Origin: Nitrosospira multiformis ATCC 25196
GTDB lineage: Bacteria > Pseudomonadota > Gammaproteobacteria > Burkholderiales > Nitrosomonadaceae
Assembly: GCF_000196355.1 (NCBI RefSeq)
Contig: NC_007614.1
Location: forward strand, 1,290,001 to 1,322,000
DNA: 32,000 nucleotides
Direction of reading: 5' to 3'
Made by a program: the position numbers and the translations under genes. Of this stretch, positions 9,418 through 17,831 are shown piece by piece. The notes under the pieces were generated by a model, which ran no database searches, was not told the origin of the DNA, and saw nothing but the letters and a program-made list of their open reading frames with translations. Position 1 is the stretch's first letter. Each line of letters opens with the position of its first letter.

Positions 9418-10608
9418 ATGCTCAACGACTTGGATTCAATTCATCAAACGGATGAAGGGCTGCGCGAATACCTGCGCAGCCGTGGAAACCGGAGCTTGTA
9501 TCGGTATCGCCTGACACTTGAGAGTCCTCAGGCCCCTCGGATAACGGTAAGCGGTCGTGAATACTTGGCATTTTGCAGTAATGATTATCTCGGTCTTGCC
9601 AATCATCCCGAACTGATTGCAGCGCTTTGCGAAGGCGCGACGCAGTACGGCGTGGGAGCGGGTACGTCGCATCTCGTCAGCGGACATTCGCGGGCACACC
9701 ATCTGCTGGAGGAAGCGCTGGCATCCTTTACCCGATTCCCCCGGGCATTGCTATTTTCCACAGGATACATGGCAAACGCAGGCGTAGTAACAGCGTTGAC
9801 CGGCCGGGGTGATGCCGTATTCGGGGACAAACTCAATCATGCCTCCCTCAACGATGCAGCGCTTCTATCGCGCGCGAGGTTGAGTCGTTATCCCCATCTG
9901 GATCTGGCGACCCTGGAGCGGCAGCTTGCCGCATCTCCAGCCAGACGCAAACTCGTGATATCGGATGCGGTATTCAGCATGGATGGAGATATCGCACCGC
10001 TTCCAGAGTTGCTGGAGTTGTGTGAAAGATACGACGCCTGGTTGCTGCTCGACGATGCGCACGGATTCGGAGTATTGGGCAATCAGGGGAGGGGGAGTCT
10101 GGCGCACTTCAATATCAGTTCGCCGCGCATTATCTACATGGGGACACTCGGCAAAGCGGCGGGTGTATTTGGGGCATTCGTAGCTGCTCAGGAAGAAATC
10201 ATCGAAACGCTCATCCAGTGCGCGCGAAGCTACATCTATACTACTGCGACTCCACCCTTCCTGTCTCATGCCTTGCTGAAAAGCCTGGAGCTGATTGCAG
10301 GCGGTGCAGGGCGACGTGAAAAACTGGCGCAACTCACCAAGCTGCTCAAGCAGGAGTGTCATCCGCTGCGGTGGCAACTGCTGCCTTCGGATACTCCCAT
10401 CCAGCCGCTGGTCATGGGAGAGAATGCCGAAGCTCTGCAGGTCAGCGAAGCATTGCGCCAGAAAGGCATTCTGGTAACCGCCATTCGACCGCCTACCGTG
10501 CCCGAGGGGACAGCGCGCCTGCGTATCTCGTTATCCAGTTCCCATGATATCGAGGATGTTATGGAACTGGGAGCGGCACTGCGGGAAATCGACCGGGATA
10601 TGGAATGA
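9418..10608 (+). CDS. bioF: 8-amino-7-oxononanoate synthase
   Basis: ORF track; SNDYLGLANHPEL, DDAHGFGVLG, IIYMGTLGKAAGVFGAFV. Confidence 0.97.
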   Translation: MLNDLDSIHQTDEGLREYLRSRGNRSLYRYRLTLESPQAPRITVSGREYLAFCSNDYLGLANHPELIAALCEGATQYGVGAGTSHLVSGHSRAHHLLEEALASFTRFPRALLFSTGYMANAGVVTALTGRGDAVFGDKLNHASLNDAALLSRARLSRYPHLDLATLERQLAASPARRKLVISDAVFSMDGDIAPLPELLELCERYDAWLLLDDAHGFGVLGNQGRGSLAHFNISSPRIIYMGTLGKAAGVFGAFVAAQEEIIETLIQCARSYIYTTATPPFLSHALLKSLELIAGGAGRREKLAQLTKLLKQECHPLRWQLLPSDTPIQPLVMGENAEALQVSEALRQKGILVTAIRPPTVPEGTARLRISLSSSHDIEDVMELGAALREIDRDME

Positions 10609-10621
10609 CTATGGAATGACT
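10600..10621 (+). repeat. Perfect 11-bp tandem duplication across the bioF stop codon
   Basis: atggaatgact x2 (10600-10610, 10611-10621); the bioF TGA is 10606-10608. Confidence 0.93.
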
Positions 10622-10679
10622 GGGCACCTTTACGCCGGATATGACATTCGCCTTGTAAGGGCGACCTCGCGGATACAAT

Positions 10680-11483
10680 GTGGAATGCTCGATGGGCCAG
10701 GTAAGCCTTTACGTCGAATCCTTGGGTGAAGGTCCCGATCTCGTTCTGCTGCATGGGTGGGCCATGCATAGCGGAATGTGGGGTAGCACCCGGCGATCAC
10801 TGGCCCAGCATTTCCGCTTGCATCTCGTCGATTTGCCGGGTCATGGATTCAGCCGGGGAGCCTTACCTTACAAAAGGGGAGAGAAAAATGGTGTCAGCGA
10901 GGATATGGTCGAGAGGGTGGTGGAGGTTCTGCCTCCCGATTGTGTAATTTGTGGATGGTCGCTGGGGGGACAGCTCGCAATCGAACTCGCCTTGCGCGAG
11001 CCGGCGCGCGTGGAGAAAATCATTTTGACTTCCACCACGCCCAGCTTCGTCAAACGCGAGGACTGGCAATGGGGGATGGAGGAATTGACATTGAAGGCGT
11101 TTGCGGAAAATCTCAGGCGGGACTTCAGTACCACCATGAAGCGGTTTCTTACCCTGCAGGTGAGTGGGGGAGGGGATGCCGGGAAGGTATTGCCCGAGAT
11201 GCGGAGACTTTTGTTCGAGCGCAGTGCGCCGGAGCCTGAAGCATTGGAAGCGGGGTTACAGATCGTGCTTGCGAACGACCTTCGCGGAAAGCTGCGAAAC
11301 ATCGTTCAACCCACTTTGCTGATACACGGCGAGAACGATGTCATTGCCCATCCCGAGGCAGCGGCATGGATGAAGCAGCAATTTCAGGATGTCGAGCTGG
11401 CCATGCTACCGAATTGCAGTCATGTGCCTTTCTTGTCCTATCCTGATAAATTCATTGCGAATATCGTTCGCTTCGCCAGATGA
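10680..11483 (+). CDS. bioH: Pimeloyl-ACP methyl ester carboxylesterase
   Basis: ORF track; alpha/beta hydrolase LVLLHGWAMHSGMW, GWSLGGQLAIELA. GTG 10680 or ATG 10692 start. Confidence 0.93.
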   Translation: MECSMGQVSLYVESLGEGPDLVLLHGWAMHSGMWGSTRRSLAQHFRLHLVDLPGHGFSRGALPYKRGEKNGVSEDMVERVVEVLPPDCVICGWSLGGQLAIELALREPARVEKIILTSTTPSFVKREDWQWGMEELTLKAFAENLRRDFSTTMKRFLTLQVSGGGDAGKVLPEMRRLLFERSAPEPEALEAGLQIVLANDLRGKLRNIVQPTLLIHGENDVIAHPEAAAWMKQQFQDVELAMLPNCSHVPFLSYPDKFIANIVRFAR

Positions 11484-11510
11484 GTTCAAATGAGTGGAAA
11501 TGAGTCTGTA
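11481..11510 (+). repeat. 10-bp imperfect tandem repeat across the bioH stop / bioC start
   Basis: tgagttcaaa / tgagtggaaa / tgagtctgta. Confidence 0.85.
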
Positions 11511-12413
11511 GTGAATTACGATCACTTCATCGATAAGCGCCGGGTGCGAAAGGCGTTTGAACGGGCTGCGCCTTTATATGATCAGGCTGCGGTCCTTCAG
11601 CGTGAAGTATGCGACCGGATGCTGTCCCGCCTTGAATACATCAAATATATGCCCGATGTTGTTCTCGATGCCGGAAGCGGCACCGGCTATGGCACGTGCA
11701 AGCTGCTTGAACGCTACCCCGACGCCTCCATGCTCGCCATCGATATTGCGACCGGCATGCATCACCAAGCCCGGCAGCGGATGAATTCCATGATTCCGCG
11801 CTGGCGACAGTTGTTCGGGGTGGGCCGCAATCAGCGTACAAGCCGGGTCCGTTATGTTGCAGGGGATATTGAGCAATTACCGTTGGAAGATTCCTGTGCC
11901 GGCCTTGTCTGGTCCAATCTGGCGCTGCAATGGTGTAATGATCTCAAAAAAACCTTTGATGAGATGCGGCGTATCCTGAAAAATGGTGGTTTGTTCATGT
12001 TCAGCACTTTCGGGCCGGATACTCTGAAAGAATTGCGCCAGGCTTTTCGCCATGCGGATGATTACAGTCATGTCAATCGCTTTGCGGACATGCACGACAT
12101 AGGCGACATGCTGGTGCATAGCGGCTTTGCCACCCCGGTCATGGATATGGAATATATTACCCTGACTTATGACGAAGTTATCAGCGTCATGCGCGATCTC
12201 AAAGCCATCGGCGCCCATAATGCCACCGGGGCGCGGCATCGCGGGTTGACGGGAAAAAATGCGTGGCAAAAAGCTATCGGCCATTACGAGACGCTGCGTA
12301 CAGGGGGAAAATTGCCAGCGACTTTTGAAGTGGTGTATGGCCATGCCTGGAAACCGGCGCCCCGAACATCCATTCTTACACCGGAAACACGCCGCCACAT
12401 CGGCCTGGAATAA
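11490..12413 (+). CDS. bioC: Malonyl-[ACP] O-methyltransferase
   Basis: ORF track; SAM-dependent methyltransferase motif VLDAGSGTGYGTCKLLERYP, DLVWSNLALQW-like motif (GLVWSNLALQWCND), located in a bio cluster. Confidence 0.95.
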   Translation: MSGNESVVNYDHFIDKRRVRKAFERAAPLYDQAAVLQREVCDRMLSRLEYIKYMPDVVLDAGSGTGYGTCKLLERYPDASMLAIDIATGMHHQARQRMNSMIPRWRQLFGVGRNQRTSRVRYVAGDIEQLPLEDSCAGLVWSNLALQWCNDLKKTFDEMRRILKNGGLFMFSTFGPDTLKELRQAFRHADDYSHVNRFADMHDIGDMLVHSGFATPVMDMEYITLTYDEVISVMRDLKAIGAHNATGARHRGLTGKNAWQKAIGHYETLRTGGKLPATFEVVYGHAWKPAPRTSILTPETRRHIGLE

Positions 12414-12417
12414 GGAT

Positions 12418-13098
12418 ATGGGAATGGGAAAGGGGTATTTCGTCACCGGGACAGATACCGGCGTGGGTAAAACGCGCGTGACCTGCGCCCTGCTGCATGC
12501 CTTTGCTGCCACCGGAAAAACTGTGGTGGGCATGAAGCCTGTCGCAGCCGGATGCGAAAACGGGATGTGGCCTGATGTCGAATTACTGGCTGCTGCAAGC
12601 AACATTTCCGTGCAACGCGAGCATATCAATCCTTATGCGCTGGTTCCTCCAATTGCTCCGCACATTGCTGCAGACAGGGCAGGCATTGAAATCGATCTCG
12701 AAGTCATTCGCCAGGCACACCTTGAGCTGAAAAAAAAAGCGGATATTGTGATCGTGGAAGGAGCAGGAGGATTTCTCGTCCCCTTGAACGATCATGAGGA
12801 CAGCGTAGCCCTGGTGCAGGCTTTGGGTCTAGCGGTCCTGCTGGTGGTGGGGATGCGGCTCGGCTGTATCAACCACGCACTGTTGACGGCCCATGCCGTT
12901 CGAGCAGCCCAAATTCCGCTGGCGGGATGGGTGGCAAACCGGATCGATCCGGAAATGGCGGTTTTCAAGGAGAACGTACTGGCCCTGGAGCAGCGGCTTG
13001 ACTGTCCACTGCTGGGTATATTGCCTTACGATCAGAACCATGATGCCAGGGATTTGTCGTCCTTGCTGGATATTGCAAGAATCGGGATGAGCTCCTAA
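12418..13098 (+). CDS. bioD: Dethiobiotin synthase
   Basis: ATG 12418 inside the longer ORF 12259..13098; GYFVTGTDTGVGKTRVTCALLHA, GMKPVAAGCE, EGAGGFLVPL. Confidence 0.96.
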   Translation: MGMGKGYFVTGTDTGVGKTRVTCALLHAFAATGKTVVGMKPVAAGCENGMWPDVELLAAASNISVQREHINPYALVPPIAPHIAADRAGIEIDLEVIRQAHLELKKKADIVIVEGAGGFLVPLNDHEDSVALVQALGLAVLLVVGMRLGCINHALLTAHAVRAAQIPLAGWVANRIDPEMAVFKENVLALEQRLDCPLLGILPYDQNHDARDLSSLLDIARIGMSS

Positions 13099-13127
13099 TA
13101 GAAGTGCGTTCCGCGAAGCTCTGCTGA

Positions 13128-13166
13128 GGGGCATACCCAAGGCATTACCATTATGCCTTGTGCCCC
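13128..13166 (+). promoter_or_regulatory. Long imperfect hairpin downstream of bioD
   Basis: ggggca-tacc-caaggcat-taccatt-atgccttg-tgcccc: 8 bp plus 6 bp stem with one 4-nt bulge. Confidence 0.6.
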
Positions 13167-13560
13167 TGCCTGGCCCAAGCGGAAATCCTGGGAGCAGAAT
13201 CGTCAAGATGCGGATAAAGTACCCCACCATCCTTGACGGCTTAAAACAACAACACGCAGCTGCCAAGCATCGCCTGAACGCAAACAGCCGTTTGGCACCT
13301 ATTCCGCAGAACCTTAGTCATACTGGTATGTGGAAAGACCAGTGCGGTGGAGTGGCACAAACTAGACTGATCGGCTCATATACTTTTTGCCTGCCGGATT
13401 TTAAGCTGAGCTGTTGCAACGGAAGGTTGTGGGGCATTGCCGGTAGGCTGAGTAGCAGTGATCGCGAAACTCGAGCTTAGCTCATCCCTTAGCGGAGCGG
13501 GGTGAGTCTGCCATGGGGAACGGCCTTCAACATCCACCCAAAAACCACTGCATCAGCGGG

Positions 13561-13724
13561 GTGAGGTTGTTCAAGCGAGTCTTCGGCATCGACATGCAGC
13601 GCTGTCCGAGCTGCGGTGTGGGTAGTTGCAGATCATTGCGGCGCTCCTGGGGGTGATCGAGAGGATCCTCGAACATCTTGGATTGGAGCCACAATCCAAG
13701 GCCCCGGCGCTCGCTACTCTGTAA
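13561..13724 (+). pseudogene. Remnant of the C-terminus of a Y2 (IS91-type) transposase
   Basis: My translation in two frames: RLFKRVFGIDMQRCPSCG (frame of 13561) then, after a frameshift, LQIIAALLGVIERILEHLGLEPQSKAPALATL* (frame of 13626). Matches from memory the conserved LLKRVFxIDxxxCPxCGGxLKIIAAILExxVIEKILxHLGL tail. The track shows only antisense ORF 13527..13805. Confidence 0.75.
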
Positions 13725-13808
13725 TCTAGCGGCACTGCACCCTACGGCGCTTGCCGTTGTTGCATTTTTCATCCAGATCGGCAACTTCTGTAGACGATGT
13801 ATCATCGT

Positions 13809-14561
13809 TCATAAAAACATTTCCTTTGGCAAGGAATCTATTTCTTTGAGTTCCTTGAGCTTCTTGATCACGGCCTGGCCCAGATTTTTGGTACTTTTTG
13901 GATTCTGGGCCGTAATCAGGAGGCCATCCTCCACCACATGGGAGCCAAACGGCATCATTGCCTTGCTGTATCGCCCCCCTCGCTTTTGTAGTTCTTCCTC
14001 CAGGTTGAACGGAACCGCCTCATCGCGGTTTGCCAATTTCTCTTCCTTCCACGAAAAACCCGTTATCTGCTTACCATTAATAAGATATGTCCCGTCGCTC
14101 AGTTTCACTTCCAGCAGCCCGCAAGGTCCATGGCACGCGGCCGAAACAATCTTGCCGGCTTCATAGAATCCGGCGGTCAATTCCGCCAATGATGCGCTTT
14201 TTGGAAAGTCGAACATGACCCCGTGCCCCCCCGTCATATAGATGGCATCGTACCCGGCCGGATCCGCGTCGGATACTTTCAACGTGTTGTCCAGCCGACT
14301 CATGAAGCCCTTATCTTCGTAGCGCCTGGAAAGACTCCCCCTGAGGCCGATGGCGTCACCCATTTCCGTGATGAGCAGGCTTTCGGGATCAAGGGGAGTT
14401 TTGCCACCCGACGGACTGGCAATATCCATCTTATAGCCTGCTTCTTCAGCAATATCCCAAAATTCGACGAGTTCGCTAAGCCACAGTCCCGTTCTGTATC
14501 CCACCTTTTCAAACAGGTCAGAGTTGGTAACGATGATAAGAATCTTGCTGGTCACAATCAT
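13809..14561 (-). CDS. Type 1 glutamine amidotransferase-like / DJ-1/PfpI (Hsp31-like) family protein
   Basis: ORF track; ILIIVTNSD...GYRTGLWLSELVEFWDIAEEAGYKMDIASPSGG, nucleophile elbow AACHGPCGLL, AIYMTGGHGVMFDFP. Confidence 0.93.
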   Translation of the reverse strand: MIVTSKILIIVTNSDLFEKVGYRTGLWLSELVEFWDIAEEAGYKMDIASPSGGKTPLDPESLLITEMGDAIGLRGSLSRRYEDKGFMSRLDNTLKVSDADPAGYDAIYMTGGHGVMFDFPKSASLAELTAGFYEAGKIVSAACHGPCGLLEVKLSDGTYLINGKQITGFSWKEEKLANRDEAVPFNLEEELQKRGGRYSKAMMPFGSHVVEDGLLITAQNPKSTKNLGQAVIKKLKELKEIDSLPKEMFL

Positions 14562-15079
14562 TTTTTGCTCCTATGTGTAATGGCCACCCATTAATTGGCT
14601 GGTTGCGATAGCCAAGTCTATTTAATACCACGCGTCTTTCAGGCTGATCTGCTCGGTTATCAACATAGTTCAGTAAAATGTTTGCAAATTGATGTAGAAG
14701 CGCTGACTTGCATCCACGTCCGGTTAATCCCATGAGGTTTTCCCCTGTTGCCGGGGATAGATCGGGGATAGCGCTGTGGATAAGTTCGGTAAGTCTATAT
14801 TTGGGATAGATCTACTGGGGTTGCTCAGATTTGTTGCAGCATAGAAGTGATGTAGCTGGTAAACCACGGTTCGTCGAATTACCAGATACTGTCGATTTTC
14901 GTCGGGATCATGGGTAATCCATACTGGAGTATGGAAGATGCGGTGGGTAATGGAGAATGGTAAGGTTAAACAACTTCGGAACCCGAAATATTACTGACTA
15001 TGGCTTTTTTCCGCTCTTGTTTGAATTAAGTAATTCTGCAATGACTACAGAGGATGCGTTTGTCCCTGGCATAAAATCT

Positions 15080-15295
15080 TTAAGCGGATTGAATGTTTGA
15101 TGCCTGTTTGCCCTTCGGGCCGTTCGTAATCTCAAACGTTACTTTTTGACCTTCCTGAAGCGTTTTGAATCCGCCGGTGTTTCCAAAAATATTGATTGCG
15201 GAGAAGTGAGCGAATAAATCCTCATTGCCCTCATCAGGGGTAATAAAACCAAAGCCTTTTGTTCCATTGAACCATTTTACTGTGCCGGTTGCCAT
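15080..15295 (-). CDS. Cold-shock protein, CspA family
   Basis: ORF track; [34 protein letters not shown] with RNP1/RNP2-like motifs. Confidence 0.97.
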   Translation of the reverse strand: MATGTVKWFNGTKGFGFITPDEGNEDLFAHFSAINIFGNTGGFKTLQEGQKVTFEITNGPKGKQASNIQSA

Positions 15296-15816
15296 TTTTA
15301 CCTCCTCAAAAAAGTAAGCGGAAATCCGGAAACACGCCCGTCAAAAGAGAGGTTACATGTGCAACGCGCTCAATTGTCCCCCTGGGCTACGAATATAGGG
15401 GCAGGCTTGCCAAGAGGGTCTCCAAAGAAAAATGCTTTTGACGAAAGAGTAAAGCAGGTGTTACGCACCTATTCTAGTAGCAGGCATGTTTCTTTTTTAT
15501 GAATGCGAGGTAATCTCCGCTTTCTGCTGCAGGATTGAAAAAAGCCCAAAGAAATTCGTGGAATGCGCAGATTACAAAGGTCCCTATGCAGCGTGAGCGA
15601 ATAAGTACGCGAGCTGATCCGCGTCGACTGGCTCCTGTTCCGCAGAATCATAACGGTCATATCCGACAGCATTACCCCTAACTTCGCCGAATCGAGAGTG
15701 GCACGCACTTCCTCAGCGCCTGGTCTTCATGAAAGGACAGGGTATAAACTTTCAACGCCTTGAAATCCCCTCAAAAAACCCGCGCTGTGTTAGAAGGTAT
15801 CTTGAAAAGCCAGAGA

Positions 15817-16020
15817 TCAGGTGGCAGTGCGCATTTCGCGGCGCCTGCGACGCGGAAGTTTGCGGCTTTCATCTTCATAAGCCGCAAAAATAGTGGACAT
15901 GTCTAACTCTGATCTGGATTTTCCGGCAGAGCGAAGCTTTTTATTAATGCCTCTTTCCAGCCAGCGATCAAACTCATCCGATGTATAACCATACAGGTCG
16001 GTGTATCTTCGTTTCTTCAT
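15817..16020 (-). CDS. Small hypothetical basic protein, 67 aa
   Basis: ORF track; coding-like composition (YTDLYGYTSDEFDRWLERGINKKLRSAGKSRSELDMSTIFAAYEDESRKLPRRRRREMRTAT). No family recognised. Confidence 0.55.
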   Translation of the reverse strand: MKKRRYTDLYGYTSDEFDRWLERGINKKLRSAGKSRSELDMSTIFAAYEDESRKLPRRRRREMRTAT

Positions 16021-16110
16021 AACGTTTCTTCAGAGGTGAGAAAACATATCAGCTAAAAAAGCTCCCATTTCAGGGCCGGTTGGATTTTTACAATCTTTAA
16101 GGGGAGGAAT

Positions 16111-16133
16111 ATGTTCGGTATCGTACCGAACAT
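16111..16133. repeat. Perfect palindrome, 10-bp arms, 3-nt spacer
   Basis: ATGTTCGGTA-TCG-TACCGAACAT. Confidence 0.95.
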
Positions 16134-16185
16134 TCCACGGAAATAGACTTGACGACCCGCTTGGGGAAACCGGTGGGCCGGCACC

Positions 16186-16449
16186 TCAGGGCCTATCCCC
16201 CCGATAACGCAGGGGGTTGCGATCAGCAGAGGGAGAAGAAGGATTAATGGGAGCCAGACCTACGCTGGGCCCCGTACTTTTTTCCCAGTGCACTACCGAT
16301 TCAGGAAAACCCACGAGCTCTTCTTCGTACACATAGGGAGCTAAAGAACCATAAGTTTCTTTCGGATCGCAGGCCAGATTAGAAATAACGTTATTCATGC
16401 GCTCGATATAGCCCTCTTTGGTCCTTATATACACAGCGTATTTAAACAT
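16186..16449 (-). CDS. Small hypothetical protein, about 87 aa
   Basis: ORF 16186..16482, likely start at the internal Met MFKYAVYIRTKEGYIERMNNVISNL...; coding-like first 60 residues, low-complexity Pro/Arg tail. No family recognised. Confidence 0.5.
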   Translation of the reverse strand: MFKYAVYIRTKEGYIERMNNVISNLACDPKETYGSLAPYVYEEELVGFPESVVHWEKSTGPSVGLAPINPSSPSADRNPLRYRGDRP

Positions 16450-17019
16450 CTGTTTACTCCCGGGCGGATTTGGTTCGCACATCTTACTGCGGGTTTATTA
16501 CGGTATTTTTAAGGGCATGAGAGCTAGCTCATGAGACAGCCGAGAGGATTTCTTAGGAACAAGTCTTCAGTAAGGGGCAGTCTAAGAACACCAGTCTTCG
16601 TTTTCCTGGATCAATGAGGTTGATGGATGCTATCGTCAAAATCACCGACGAGCAGGTGAAGAGGAAAACGCCGTCGGATAAGTTCTCGATCTGTGGCGAA
16701 GGGGGTAAACCTACTACATCATTCTTCTGAGAACCGGGACGCCACACTGGCCATACCAGCTGAAGAATACGCGCAACTCAGCCGGGGCCAGATCTACTAC
16801 CGGAAGAGGCCTCCCGGAGGGTTGGACTATTACTACAATCGGAGGTCAAAGTGGGGAAATAGGGAGAATACAATAGCTAATCATTGAGTAAAATCTATGC
16901 CGGCTGGAGCATGTCAACATTCTTACTATTCCCCCTACGGTCACCGCAAGACACGACCGAAGGAAGCTCGACATTCGAGGTGAGGTATTGATGGAACAAA
17001 ATGGCAAGAATCATCCCCG

Positions 17020-17679
17020 TTGTCACCTCTGCGCTTTTCTTGCGCCGCGATGACATTTACGGTTTACACATTCGAGGTGGGGCTGGGCCAGGAATGGATA
17101 TTCCCGGTCGACGAAGACCATTTCGAACTGTTCTTCGCGATGAATGGGAAGGTTATCTCGAACTGGGATCCACCTGTCATGAGGGTCAATCGCGAGATCA
17201 ATCATGAGGAGAGATTTAGTTCCAGCTTTCCCTGGCTTGATGAACATGTGCCATTTTTGCGAAAGCCGGCGGTGATCTTGCTGAAGTATGAACGGTTTCT
17301 GTTCAATCACGAGAGAAGGTTCTATTCCGACTTCCCTTGGTTGGGCGAGCATGTGCCGTTTTTGAGGAAGCCTGCGGTAGAGGCTCTAGGGCACGTCTTG
17401 CTGAAGTATGGACAGCTTCTGCCCGTGCGAGGAGAAGAAGTTTGGCTCTTCAACGCAACGACTGTGCTCGACGCGCTTGATCATGAGCGCTCCCACATCG
17501 TGTACTTCGACGACGGCGGCATTCTGGCAATCGAACGCTATGTCTTCGACAGAGGCAGGATCGGAACGGCGGAAGTCTTCAAGCTGCCGATGAGGGCGTC
17601 ACCCGTTTTTGTAACTGACAGTTTTGTCAAACAGGTACGAAGTGCCGGACTCCGCGACGTTTCTTTCAAGGCGTTGTGA
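17020..17679 (+). CDS. Imm11/DUF1629-like immunity-family protein, internally duplicated, 5' end possibly frameshifted
   Basis: ORF track (TTG start); VYTFEVGLGQEWIFPVDEDHFELF ... SHIVYFDDGGILAIERYVFDRGRIG..VFKLPMRASPVFVTDSFVKQVRSAGLRDVSFK resembles the DUF1629/Imm11 pattern as I remember it. Confidence 0.6.
   Translation: MSPLRFSCAAMTFTVYTFEVGLGQEWIFPVDEDHFELFFAMNGKVISNWDPPVMRVNREINHEERFSSSFPWLDEHVPFLRKPAVILLKYERFLFNHERRFYSDFPWLGEHVPFLRKPAVEALGHVLLKYGQLLPVRGEEVWLFNATTVLDALDHERSHIVYFDDGGILAIERYVFDRGRIGTAEVFKLPMRASPVFVTDSFVKQVRSAGLRDVSFKAL
17200..17424 (+). repeat. Intragenic tandem duplication of about 35-40 codons
   Basis: Copy 1 NHEERFSSSFPWLDEHVPFLRKPAVILLKYERFLF (17200-17304); copy 2 NHERRFYSDFPWLGEHVPFLRKPAVEALGHVLLKYGQLLP (17305-17424). 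Offset is 105 nt before and 120 nt after the PAV residues. Confidence 0.9.
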
Positions 17680-17831
17680 AGCTCCGCTGATCCTTGACTG
17701 CGGGTCGTTGCGTGGCCATGGAAATGACTGCCTTCCCTGAGTGCCATTTGAGAATGCGGCAGCTCTGAAAAACGCTTCAGTTCAATAATTGTTTATTAAA
17801 CCTGTATCGAACCAAAATTGGTTTATTGCTT

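Noticed and set aside
8315-13098. bioBFHCD cluster as an unusual system
   Set aside because: A normal pimeloyl-ACP/biotin pathway set; bioA is not in the window but can be elsewhere in the genome.
13527-13805. 92-aa minus-strand ORF downstream of bioD
   Set aside because: It is the antisense reading of the IS91-type transposase remnant on the + strand.
14580-15079. Intergenic region checked for a CRISPR or small RNA gene
   Set aside because: Only minor repeats (cggggatag twice, ccatac-tgga-gtatgg); no spaced repeat array and no supportable RNA structure.
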